From an uncultured Prevotella sp. (GTDB lineage: Bacteria; Bacteroidota; Bacteroidia; Bacteroidales; Bacteroidaceae), in the NCBI GenBank assembly GCA_947169685.1, contig CAMVQS010000002.1:20283-84282 (forward strand): 64,000 bases of DNA. Direction: 5' to 3'. The stretch's first letter is position 1, and every line of letters starts with the position of its first letter. The notes beneath the pieces are model-generated. The model did no database searches. It saw only the letters and a list, made by a program, of their open reading frames with translations, and had not been told where the DNA came from. Shown in pieces: positions 1-8,907 of the stretch. The translations under genes were made by a program, and so were the position numbers.

Positions 1-1353
1 GACCAGATTTCAAAGGAAGAGTACGAGCAGCAGAAGGCTGCCCTTGAGGCCCAAAACGCTTTATATGGCTCAGACCTGAGTGAGCTCCGTGCCATCACCA
101 CGAATGCCGAGAATCCCAATAAGGACGGCTTCGCCATCAGCAGGGATGACCAGTCGTCGGGCAACCAGACCCGTGCCCGCCGTACTGATGCGGATGACAC
201 TTATGTCTTCTTCATCCGTCATTCCGATCCCAGCGGTGTCATGCTGATGAAGGACTTGGTTATCACGCCGCCGGACCAGCAAGGCGAGTGGATCTGCATT
301 CCCAACATTGCCGGCACGGAATATACTCTTACTGGCTTGGAACCTAACACAACATACGAAGTGAAGGTGGAACCCATCTATGAGAATGACCTTACTGGTA
401 CACACAGTCCCATTACGGTCTTTACGACCCTTGGCGAGGAGACTGACCCCATAGCGGGCGACTTCTCAGTAGGTGGCGACAAGAAAATCAACTTCGCTCA
501 TGGCAATCTGCGTTATAGCGGTGATATCTACGGCTATGAGGGAGAGTGGTCTATGGCCAAACAACAGTTTGAGGTACTGGGCGAAGGGAATGTCCGCACG
601 TCAGGATCGGGCAGCAGCTATCCCGCAACCCTCCATGACCTGCTCTGCTGGAGCTCTACTAAGAGCAACTATGGTATCTATAACTATTATTATGAGTATG
701 ACGAGGATGCCCTGCTTTATTTCAAAGGCGATTTTGTCGATTGGGGCGAGAATTCTGCACTCATCAGTGCCCTTGGCAGTGGCTGGCGCACACTGAGCAA
801 GGCAGAGTGGAACTACCTGCTCAACGAACGTAAGGATGCTGCCCAGTTGCGTACAGTAGCTACTGTGGCTGGCGTGAAGGGTCTTGTGCTTCTGCCCGAT
901 GAATGGACGGCACCCGATGGCATCATGCTGAAGGATGAAATGACAGCCGAGGAATGGGCAGTCATAGAGGAAACAGACGTCGTGTTCCTGCCTGCTGCTG
1001 GACAGATGACGTCAACCTATGATGCTACCAACTGGACCGTAGCAACCACGTTTACCGATGCCTGCACCTACTGGACCAGCACACCAGCTGGCGACAAGTC
1101 AGACATGAATGCTTACGTACTGACCATCACCGATGCAGACGTTACGCTTGAGAATGACCTGTTCCGTCGTACTGCTACTGCTGTTCGTCTGGTAAAGACT
1201 GCCGGCACCGCCACAGCGGTTACTCCGACGACCGTTACCCCTGTTCGTCCTGTTGATGACCACTGGTACACGCTCGACGGTCGCCGACTTAGTGGCAAGC
1301 CGACTCAGCGTGGTATCTACATCAACAACGGCAAGAAGTATGTGATAAAGTAA
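1..1353 (+). CDS. 5'-truncated T9SS cargo protein with an FN3 domain and a Fib_succ_major/CLec-like domain
   Basis: Frame is open from base 1. FN3 motif YTLTGLEPNTTYEVKV; GWRTLSKAEW..VFLPAAG..YWTST..VRLV; C-terminal WYTLDGRRLSGKPTQRGIYINNGKKYVIK. Confidence 0.75.
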   Translation, partial: DQISKEEYEQQKAALEAQNALYGSDLSELRAITTNAENPNKDGFAISRDDQSSGNQTRARRTDADDTYVFFIRHSDPSGVMLMKDLVITPPDQQGEWICIPNIAGTEYTLTGLEPNTTYEVKVEPIYENDLTGTHSPITVFTTLGEETDPIAGDFSVGGDKKINFAHGNLRYSGDIYGYEGEWSMAKQQFEVLGEGNVRTSGSGSSYPATLHDLLCWSSTKSNYGIYNYYYEYDEDALLYFKGDFVDWGENSALISALGSGWRTLSKAEWNYLLNERKDAAQLRTVATVAGVKGLVLLPDEWTAPDGIMLKDEMTAEEWAVIEETDVVFLPAAGQMTSTYDATNWTVATTFTDACTYWTSTPAGDKSDMNAYVLTITDADVTLENDLFRRTATAVRLVKTAGTATAVTPTTVTPVRPVDDHWYTLDGRRLSGKPTQRGIYINNGKKYVIK

Positions 1354-1363
1354 GCAGAATAAT

Positions 1364-1404
1364 AAAAAAAGGCTGAATGTGTTTGTGCATTCGGCCTTTT
1401 TTTG
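1364..1404 (+). terminator. Rho-independent terminator
   Basis: aaaaaaaggctgaatg...cattcggccttttttt hairpin. Confidence 0.75.
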
Positions 1405-1456
1405 TAACTTTGCCGACAGAGAACTTATGTGAATAGAAACTAAAACTATAAGAAAG

Positions 1457-3589
1457 ATGAAAAGAATCCTACTACTGATGCTCTCCGTCGTTGTCTCAAC
1501 GATGATGATGGCAGACGACGTGACTCCTGAGGAGGCTTTGCAACAAGCCACTCAGTTTGTGCAGAATCGTGCGGCCAGAGGCAATGGTCCTCGTTTGGCT
1601 CCTGGCGTTCAGCCCAAGCTGACGCTGGCCAGTCGTGTGAGTGACCTCTACGTGTTCAACGTGTCCGACGATGCTGGCTTCATCATCGTCTCCAACGACG
1701 ATTGTGCTATTCCCGTTCTCGGCTATAGCGACAGCGGCTCGTTCGATGCCAACAACCTGCCCGACAACATGCGTGCCTGGCTCCAAGGCTATGCCGACGA
1801 GATTGCATGGGCGAAAGCGAATCATGTGACAAAGCCTGCGAATGCACCAATGAAAGCTGCGCTGGGAGCAGATATTCCTTCGATGATTACAACTTTTTGG
1901 AATCAGGGAAATCCCTATAATAAACTATGCCCTGCGTATCAACTTGGTGCAGGAACGGAAAATTGTGTGACGGGTTGTGTCGCTACGGCTATGGCTCAGG
2001 TGATGAATTACTATCAGTGGCCTGCTAAAACAAAAACAGCTATACCAGGCTATACTAATCCAACAAGAGTTAATGGTACGGAAATGCAGGTGAATGGTGT
2101 CCCTGCAGAAACCTCCATAAGTTGGACAAACATGCATTTTGCCTATGGCAGTTATTGTGATAATGGAGGAGGCTCTTATAATAAATCAGCAACTTATACA
2201 GACGCTCAGGCAACAGCTGTCGCTCAGTTGATGTGGTATTGTGGCGCGTCTGTAGAAATGAATTATGGTACATCTTCAAGCGCAGTCATTGCTGCTGTCC
2301 CAGATGCTCTTAAAACCTATTTTGACTATAATGAGAAGACGACCCATCGGGCAAGATTAGATTATACTACAGCGAATTGGTTGACCATGATATATTATGA
2401 ACTGAATAATAATCGCCCCGTATTGTATGGTGGTCAGTCAACTGGTGACGGTCATGCATTTGTCTGTGATGGATATAAATACGAAAATACCCAAGATTAT
2501 TTCCATATCAACTGGGGATGGGCAGGTTTGAGCAATGGCTTTTTCACTCTTTCTGCGTTAGATCCGGAAGCTCAGGGCTTTGGTGGAAGTTCTACTAATT
2601 CTGGCTTTAACTACGACCAGGAGGCTGTTATTGGTATTGATAAGTCCACGAAAACAATCACGTTGGCAGATGTTTCGCCAAAGGTGGTTGATATTGAAGT
2701 GGTACCAAACAGCGTTAGTCCTTTGGCTGCAATTGTGGACCAACCACAGACCATTACAATTGGTATAAAAAATAATTCAGCTGATGATTTTGATAATTAT
2801 ATCGGTTTATATGAATATATTGATAATACTCATGGGGCTTGGATTACAATGAATTCATTCCAAATAGCCAGTGGAAACACTCAATATTGTGAGTTTACGT
2901 TTACTCCAACGAATACAGGAACTATGACTATTTTGGTAATGAAACCAACAGGTGGTATCAGCTATCAATCAATTGCCTATTTCAACTTTGACGTTTATCC
3001 TGCCAATGTCTCTGGAACTATGAATGAGTACGGCTGGGCAACGTTCAGCAGTGAGTATCCGTTGGACTTTAACAATGTTGAAGGCGATGGTGTTAAAGCA
3101 GCATATATTGTTTCGGGCTTTAGTGGCAATGCAGTTGCAAAGACTCCAGTCACGAAGGTTCCCAAGAATACAGGTTTGCTGCTGAAGGGAACGCCAAATG
3201 CTGCATATACTATTCCTGTAACGCTGGGTGCAACAGACGATGTAAGCACTAATAAGTTGGTAGCTGTAGCTGCTGAAACTGAAGTGTCGAAGGCTACTGA
3301 AGAGAATACAACAAACTACGTGCTCACCGTGCAGGACGAGAAGGTGGTATTCGCCTCCATTAACACGGTCAATGCTACTGTTCCGGCAGGTCGCGCTTAC
3401 CTGACGCTTACGGAAAACTCGCTTGCTCCTTGGCTTGCTATTGAGGGCGACGGAGATGCAACAGGAATTTTGAATATGAATCGCGAAACGACAACCAATA
3501 ACGTTTACTATGACCTGCAGGGCCGTCGTGTGGAGCATCCCACGAAGGGCGTGTATGTGGTGAACGGCAAGAAGGTGGTTATTAAATAA
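1457..3589 (+). CDS. C10 family (streptopain/interpain-like) cysteine protease with Spi-like propeptide and T9SS CTD
   Basis: Signal peptide; LYVFN..GFIIVS..PVLGYS propeptide; catalytic GCVATAMAQ, GHAFVCDG, HINWGW; C-terminal YYDLQGRRV..KGVYVVNGKKVVIK. Confidence 0.92.
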   Translation: MKRILLLMLSVVVSTMMMADDVTPEEALQQATQFVQNRAARGNGPRLAPGVQPKLTLASRVSDLYVFNVSDDAGFIIVSNDDCAIPVLGYSDSGSFDANNLPDNMRAWLQGYADEIAWAKANHVTKPANAPMKAALGADIPSMITTFWNQGNPYNKLCPAYQLGAGTENCVTGCVATAMAQVMNYYQWPAKTKTAIPGYTNPTRVNGTEMQVNGVPAETSISWTNMHFAYGSYCDNGGGSYNKSATYTDAQATAVAQLMWYCGASVEMNYGTSSSAVIAAVPDALKTYFDYNEKTTHRARLDYTTANWLTMIYYELNNNRPVLYGGQSTGDGHAFVCDGYKYENTQDYFHINWGWAGLSNGFFTLSALDPEAQGFGGSSTNSGFNYDQEAVIGIDKSTKTITLADVSPKVVDIEVVPNSVSPLAAIVDQPQTITIGIKNNSADDFDNYIGLYEYIDNTHGAWITMNSFQIASGNTQYCEFTFTPTNTGTMTILVMKPTGGISYQSIAYFNFDVYPANVSGTMNEYGWATFSSEYPLDFNNVEGDGVKAAYIVSGFSGNAVAKTPVTKVPKNTGLLLKGTPNAAYTIPVTLGATDDVSTNKLVAVAAETEVSKATEENTTNYVLTVQDEKVVFASINTVNATVPAGRAYLTLTENSLAPWLAIEGDGDATGILNMNRETTTNNVYYDLQGRRVEHPTKGVYVVNGKKVVIK

Positions 3590-3600
3590 TATAGGAGGAA

Positions 3601-3762
3601 ATGACTATGAAGAAAGAATATATTGCACCTGTGCTTGAGGTTGTAGTTATAGAGACGCCCAAAATGATGTCTGGGTCTCCCGGAAAAGGAGGTGACTATA
3701 ATGGTGGTCAAGTTTTGGCTCCCGAAATGACCTCATTCGATGAAGAGCTTGATATGGATTGA
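3601..3762 (+). CDS. 53-aa YxxP-leader micropeptide (MTMKKEYIAPVLEVVVIETPKMMSGSPGKGGDYNGGQVLAPEMTSFDEELDMD)
   Basis: Translated by hand. AGGAGG upstream; 11 bp after the protease stop; similar to the peptide at 50777-50923. Confidence 0.7.
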   Translation: MTMKKEYIAPVLEVVVIETPKMMSGSPGKGGDYNGGQVLAPEMTSFDEELDMD

Positions 3763-3791
3763 TAATCCGTAAATCATAAAAACGTTTGATT

Positions 3792-3829
3792 TCTGCCGTT
3801 TTGTCAGCAAAAACTGACAGAACGGCAGA
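3792..3829. promoter_or_regulatory. Inverted repeat upstream of hsp20 (terminator and/or operator)
   Basis: tctgccgttttgtcag-caaaaa-ctgacagaacggcaga. Confidence 0.6.
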
Positions 3830-3839
3830 TTTTTATGCT

Positions 3840-3854
3840 TGGTACATAACTTGC
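3840..3854 (+). promoter_or_regulatory. Putative sigma54 (-24/-12) promoter of hsp20
   Basis: TGGTAC-ATAAC-TTGC, with GG and GC exactly 12 bp apart. Confidence 0.5.
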
Positions 3855-3934
3855 CTATAGGTAGGTGAGCGCCACAAGGAGCTCACGAACAATAAACATC
3901 GTATAACTTAAAAAATAATTAGGAGGTAAAGATT

Positions 3935-4360
3935 ATGATGCCAATGATGAGAAATTCCGCTTGGTTACCAACAGTGTTTAACGACATTTTTGACAGTAAC
4001 TTCATTCCGAAGGCCAACTGCACAGCACCGGCCATCAACGTGAAGGAGACCGATAAGGGTTACACCGTAGAGCTGGCTGCACCTGGGCTGAAGAAGGAGG
4101 ACTTTAACGTTCACATCAACGACGAAGGCAACCTCATCGTAAAGATGGAGCAGAAGCAGGAAAACAAGGAGGAGGACAAGAACGCTCGCTATCTGCGTCG
4201 CGAGTTCTCGTACTCAAAGTTCGAGCAGGCGCTGATTCTGCCTGACGATGTGGATAAGAACAAGATTGCTGCAAAGGTAGAGAACGGCGTTCTGACCGTT
4301 GAGCTGCCCAAGCAGGAGGAAACCAAGGCGAAAGTGGCACGTCAGATTGCCATTGGATAG
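3935..4360 (+). CDS. Hsp20/alpha-crystallin small heat-shock protein
   Basis: PAINVKE..YTVELAAPGLKKEDF..RREFSYSKF..A.VENGVLTVELPK. Confidence 0.95.
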   Translation: MMPMMRNSAWLPTVFNDIFDSNFIPKANCTAPAINVKETDKGYTVELAAPGLKKEDFNVHINDEGNLIVKMEQKQENKEEDKNARYLRREFSYSKFEQALILPDDVDKNKIAAKVENGVLTVELPKQEETKAKVARQIAIG

Positions 4361-4379
4361 ATTAGGTATTAGTTTGTTG

Positions 4380-4412
4380 AGGCCCGATGTGAGTAACATC
4401 GGGCTTTTTTTT
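4380..4412 (+). terminator. Rho-independent terminator
   Basis: aggcccgatg-tgagtaa-catcgggcttttttt. Confidence 0.8.
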
Positions 4413-4479
4413 GTGTTTTCCTTTGGTATTTCTCTCAATTTGCACTATCTTTGTACCCAAATATACTACTAATCGCCTA

Positions 4480-6600
4480 ATGAATGATATGAAGAATCGC
4501 AAAACTACGTTATATGCTGCATTGCTGCTCTTTGTAGTAGTTGTCATGATGATTGCCTGTGGTGAGCAGAAACCTGCGGCTGTTCCGGAATTTATGGCTG
4601 TTTCACATGCTGACAGCCTGATTTTCGAGCGCGGACGCCAACAGGATTATCAGGGAATGCTTGTCCTAATCGATAGTTTTGAGCAGGCAAGGGCGCTCTC
4701 AGAGATAGCCGCTAACCGCTGGCGTGGTGTGGCCTATAACTATCTTGGTAGTGTGCGTAAGTCGGAGTTCTATTATAAGAAGGTGGTAAGTGCTCCCATC
4801 AAGACCGATGCCGACAAGTATAATTATTATAAGTCATCACGTCGTCTGTCGGAAATTCTGGTTAAGCGTGGAGAATACGATGAGGCTTTGAGTATTGCTC
4901 TCGAAGCTGTTGATAAGATGGAAGAGTGGGGCGGTTACTCACCCAAGGATCTCGCTATCCTTCTCAAGACCATCGGTTGCTGTCAGTTGAACCTTGGACA
5001 GCTCAAGGAGGCTGCATCCAACTATGCTTCTTCCTATCAGAAATTCATGTTGCCGTTAGCCGACACCGTGACTGTACGTGACCTTAACGAGGCTATCATG
5101 GCCACTGAAGAGATTGCACTTGACTATATCAATGTTAGTCGTTTCGACGAGGCTCTGCATTGGGCTGATGTTGCAGACTCACTGATGACCCAGCGTACAG
5201 AACTGGCACCTGACTATGACATTGCCAACCTTCAGAAGTATGGCTCTCGTGTTACTATTCGCAAGGCCATTGCTTTGCAGGGACTGAATCGCGACAAAGA
5301 GGCATTGCAAGCATACCGAAAGGTTCTTGACAGTCAATACGGAAAGACTGATGATGGACGTATCGAGGCAGCTGAGTACCTCATGGCAGCCCACCGCTAT
5401 GGTGAGGCTGCAGATAACTACGGTAGTCTCGATCGTTTCCTTGCCAGGCATGGAATGGATATGACACTCGATAATATCCGTGTCTATCTGCTTCCCAAAT
5501 ACCGTGCAAACCTGGCAGCAGGTCGTCGTGACAGTGTGATGGCAGTCGGAGAGGAGCTCTGTGATGCGCTTGACAGTGCAATTGTTCACGCTAAGAATAG
5601 CGATGCTGCAGAATTAGCAACGATTTATGATACACAACAGAAGGAAGAACAGATTATGGCACAGAAGTCATACATGGCGCGTCAGCGCCTGTATGGCATT
5701 AGTCTTGCTTCTTTCCTCATCCTGACTTTCCTCATCATTTACGTTGTCCATCGCATTAGGGCTCAGCGTCGTTTGGCTCATGCCTATCAGAAGTTGGAGG
5801 AAGCCAATCGGAAGTTAGAGGAGGCTAACCAACAGCTTGAACAGAAGAACGAACAGCTCACGGTGGCTAATGCACGGGCAGAAGAGTCATCACGCATGAA
5901 GACAGACTTCATCCAGCAGATTTCCCACGAGATACGTACGCCACTCAATATCCTCAGCGGTTATACACAGATTGTTACTACGCCCGGTATGGAGTTGGAT
6001 GATGAAACCCGTCAGGACATCAATCGTCAGATTACGGAAAATACGGATCGCATCACTGGCTTGGTTAATAAGATGCTGGAGTTATCGGATGTCAACAGCA
6101 AGTCGGTTATTGAACGCAATGACAACGTGTTGGGCGTGCAGATTGCTGCTCAGGCTGCCGATGACAGTGGTATCAACAATGCTACTCACTTGCAGTTTGA
6201 CCTTCAGTTTAGTGATGGAGCCGACAACGCGATGTTGCAGACCAATCTGGTTTCTGCTACTCGTGCTTTGACGTTGGTGCTCGATAATGCCCGTAAGTTC
6301 ACGAAGCCCGCTGAGGCTCTGGGAGTAGAGGATACGGAGCAGAAGCATGTCGTGCTTCGCATGGCTGTCAGCGACGGACAGCTGCAGTTCGTTGTTGAGG
6401 ATGACGGCATTGGTGTGCCTGCTGAGGAAGCAGAACGCATATTTGATGAATTCGTGCAGTTGAATGAATACTATGACGGAACTGGCATTGGACTTACCGT
6501 TGCCCGTAGCATTGCCCGCCGTTTGGGTGGTGACATCGTGCTTGATACTTCTTATAGTCCTGGTGCCCGATTCGTTATGACTCTGCCGACGACGGCGTAG
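4480..6600 (+). CDS. TPR-containing membrane sensor histidine kinase
   Basis: Helical repeats, TM segment, coiled coil; H-box ISHEIRTPLN, N-box LDNARKF, DDGIG, GTGIGL. Start moved to the ATG after promoter TATCTTTG. Confidence 0.9.
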   Translation: MNDMKNRKTTLYAALLLFVVVVMMIACGEQKPAAVPEFMAVSHADSLIFERGRQQDYQGMLVLIDSFEQARALSEIAANRWRGVAYNYLGSVRKSEFYYKKVVSAPIKTDADKYNYYKSSRRLSEILVKRGEYDEALSIALEAVDKMEEWGGYSPKDLAILLKTIGCCQLNLGQLKEAASNYASSYQKFMLPLADTVTVRDLNEAIMATEEIALDYINVSRFDEALHWADVADSLMTQRTELAPDYDIANLQKYGSRVTIRKAIALQGLNRDKEALQAYRKVLDSQYGKTDDGRIEAAEYLMAAHRYGEAADNYGSLDRFLARHGMDMTLDNIRVYLLPKYRANLAAGRRDSVMAVGEELCDALDSAIVHAKNSDAAELATIYDTQQKEEQIMAQKSYMARQRLYGISLASFLILTFLIIYVVHRIRAQRRLAHAYQKLEEANRKLEEANQQLEQKNEQLTVANARAEESSRMKTDFIQQISHEIRTPLNILSGYTQIVTTPGMELDDETRQDINRQITENTDRITGLVNKMLELSDVNSKSVIERNDNVLGVQIAAQAADDSGINNATHLQFDLQFSDGADNAMLQTNLVSATRALTLVLDNARKFTKPAEALGVEDTEQKHVVLRMAVSDGQLQFVVEDDGIGVPAEEAERIFDEFVQLNEYYDGTGIGLTVARSIARRLGGDIVLDTSYSPGARFVMTLPTTA

Positions 6601-7105
6601 TCAGGTGCAATTCCCGCACTTCGGCATTCATCATACGTTGTACCTCGCGCATTCCACAATGGGCATAGACGGCTAACACGGCTTTGTTGATGATGCCGTG
6701 TCCTACAGCAATAACTGTCTGATTCGCATAGTTTGTCGTGATATAATCTAAGAATCGTTGGGCTCGCTCTAATAAGCAGTCCAACGATTCTATATCTTCG
6801 GGCCATACCTCATCCTTCAAATCTGGAATGAAGCGCCCCGTAAAGCCTCCCCAGTCACGTTCGCGTAGCAGTGGTGTCTGCTGAATGGGCAATCCGTGCG
6901 GCTCCGCAATAATTTCTGCTGTCTGTATGGAACGTCGCAGGTCGCTCGATACGATGGCATCAATCGGTTTTGACGCTAAACGTTCTGCCACTTGTCGAGC
7001 CTGTTCCCTTCCGTGTTCCGTCAGATCGCCCTGCGTCTGCCCCTGCATAATCTGGCGGACGTTGTCTTTCGTCTCGCCATGCCGTATTAGGTAGAGTGTG
7101 GTCAT
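6575..7105 (-). CDS. Histidine phosphatase (phosphoglycerate mutase family)
   Basis: LIRHGET, SSDLRR..QTA, LRERDWG, VGHG. Confidence 0.9.
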   Translation of the reverse strand: MTTLYLIRHGETKDNVRQIMQGQTQGDLTEHGREQARQVAERLASKPIDAIVSSDLRRSIQTAEIIAEPHGLPIQQTPLLRERDWGGFTGRFIPDLKDEVWPEDIESLDCLLERAQRFLDYITTNYANQTVIAVGHGIINKAVLAVYAHCGMREVQRMMNAEVRELHLTTPSSAES

Positions 7106-7728
7106 TATTTGGGAGGAACGTTCGTTACGATTCCCTCAATATAAGTCTTCAGGATGTGAATGCCGTTTTTGTTGTCACCACCCCAGGGAATAATGAGGTC
7201 GGCAAATTTCTTGGTAGGCTCAATAAACTGCTCATGCATGGGTTTGAGCACTTTTTCATAGCGGTCGAGCACCATATCGACGGTACGCCCGCGCTCCACT
7301 ACATCGCGGCGAATGTTGCGGATGAGGCGTACGTCGCTGTCCGTATCAACAAAGATTTTCAGGTCCATCATGTCGCGCAGTTTCTTGTAGTGCAGCGTCA
7401 TGATACCCTCAAGAATAATGACGGGCTTGGGCTCCACATGGATGGTCTCTGGCAGACGGTTCGAGATTATATACGAATAGGTGGGCTGTTCCACAGCCTG
7501 ACCGTTCTTCAACATCTTGATATGTTCTGTGAGTAGTTTCCAGTCGAACGCATCAGGGTGGTCGAAGTTGATTTGCTTGCGTTCCTCAGGTGTCATCTCC
7601 GACGTGTCGTTGTAGTACGAGTCTAATGGGATAACTGCCGCACAGTGTGGCGGCAGTACCTGAGATATTTTCTTGACGACAGTGGTCTTTCCCGAGCCGG
7701 TGCCGCCTGCGATTCCTATAATATACAT
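7105..7728 (-). CDS. udk: Uridine kinase
   Basis: GIAGGTGSGKTT, NFDHPDAFD, RRDVVERGR, FIEPTK..ADLIIP. Confidence 0.95.
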   Translation of the reverse strand: MYIIGIAGGTGSGKTTVVKKISQVLPPHCAAVIPLDSYYNDTSEMTPEERKQINFDHPDAFDWKLLTEHIKMLKNGQAVEQPTYSYIISNRLPETIHVEPKPVIILEGIMTLHYKKLRDMMDLKIFVDTDSDVRLIRNIRRDVVERGRTVDMVLDRYEKVLKPMHEQFIEPTKKFADLIIPWGGDNKNGIHILKTYIEGIVTNVPPK

Positions 7729-7737
7729 ATATATGTG

Positions 7738-8793
7738 TTATTTCTGTTCTTTAGCCAGATAGACGACAGTGGGCAAGTGGTCGCTGTAGCCGTTGAGCCA
7801 CTGGCCGCCAGCGTGCGTTCGTAAGGTGTTTCCTTTATATTTTCCTTCCTGTTGGAACAGGTAGTCGCGACGGAACACCTGATGCTTCAGGTATTTCAGT
7901 GTCGAGTAGTCCTTTTTACCGTCGAGGTTCAACAGTTTCGACGAGAGGATTATCTGGTCAAACAGGTTCCAGGCGCCGTCATACTGCAGCGTACCGGTAC
8001 CTGATGCCAGCACGTTCCAGAAGGGATTCCACAATCCGTCTTCAGGTTCCACCTCACTGATCTCGCGACGGGCACCCAGTGCAACGGCCATTGAACGGTC
8101 CTGCGGGTCGTCGTTCATATCACCCATGATGAAAATCTTGCAGTTGGGGTCATCACGCAGTATTGAATCCTTGACGAGTCTGATTTGTCGTCCGCCTTCT
8201 TCACGATAGAAGGAACCGGCAAAACGGCTGGGCAGGTGGTTTACAATGACGGCCACGTGCTCATTAGCCAGTTTTCCGCTGACGGTAAGGAAACCACGGG
8301 TGGCCCTCATGCTGTCCTCTGGCAATATATATATATAAGGTGTAAGTGTGACGTTCTCGACGGTAAACAGTTTGGGGTTGTACAGCAATGCACAATCGAC
8401 ACCGCGCTGGTCTGGTCCCTCAATGTGGCAGAACTGCATATTACGGGCAGCCAGAGGCTCCTGGGCGCAGAGGTCGGTCAGACACTTGGCATTTTCCACC
8501 TCAGAGACGCCGATGAAAGCACAACCTACTGATTTCGGTAACACGTCGGTTCCCATCTCGCTGAGCACGCGAGCCATGTTGCGCAGTTTGTTCGTATATT
8601 TCATACCCGTCCACTTGTTACGGCCTTCTGGCAGGTACTCATAGTCGTTATGACCTTCGTCATGACAGGTGTCAAACAGGTTCTCGAGATTGTAGAAGCC
8701 CACTGCATATACTGAGTATTTCTTGTCTTGGGCTTGGGCTGAAGCTACTCCAACCAGGAGCGCCAGCATGATAAGGATTGATAGCTTTTTCAT
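7738..8793 (-). CDS. Secreted endonuclease/exonuclease/phosphatase (EEP) family nuclease
   Basis: Signal peptide; FYNLENLFD, SEVEN, RGVDCALLY, NHLPSR, MGDMND, NLFDQII, GYSDHLP. Confidence 0.9.
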   Translation of the reverse strand: MKKLSILIMLALLVGVASAQAQDKKYSVYAVGFYNLENLFDTCHDEGHNDYEYLPEGRNKWTGMKYTNKLRNMARVLSEMGTDVLPKSVGCAFIGVSEVENAKCLTDLCAQEPLAARNMQFCHIEGPDQRGVDCALLYNPKLFTVENVTLTPYIYILPEDSMRATRGFLTVSGKLANEHVAVIVNHLPSRFAGSFYREEGGRQIRLVKDSILRDDPNCKIFIMGDMNDDPQDRSMAVALGARREISEVEPEDGLWNPFWNVLASGTGTLQYDGAWNLFDQIILSSKLLNLDGKKDYSTLKYLKHQVFRRDYLFQQEGKYKGNTLRTHAGGQWLNGYSDHLPTVVYLAKEQK

Positions 8794-8814
8794 ATAGTTA
8801 TAGATTTTATGCCA

Positions 8815-8874
8815 CAAAGTTACAAAAAAAAAATCAAATAATGTATCTTTATTTCATATTTTTTTTTATCTTTG
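8815..8874. promoter_or_regulatory. Divergent Bacteroidetes primary-sigma promoters
   Basis: TAACTTTG on minus strand (8815-8822) and TATCTTTG on plus strand (8867-8874). Confidence 0.65.
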
Positions 8875-8907
8875 CAGCAAATTACTTTATTAATTAAATT
8901 TTAAACT

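Noticed and set aside
1-1353. DGR target (CLec-like YWTST...VRLV domain)
   Set aside because: No template repeat or reverse transcriptase seen in the window; upstream sequence is not available
3601-3762. Complete lasso peptide gene cluster
   Set aside because: No cyclase, leader peptidase, RRE or ABC exporter nearby; only precursor-like peptides are present
8824-8867. Phase-variable homopolymer promoter
   Set aside because: A/T runs are common in Bacteroidetes promoters and there is no evidence of length variation from a single sequence
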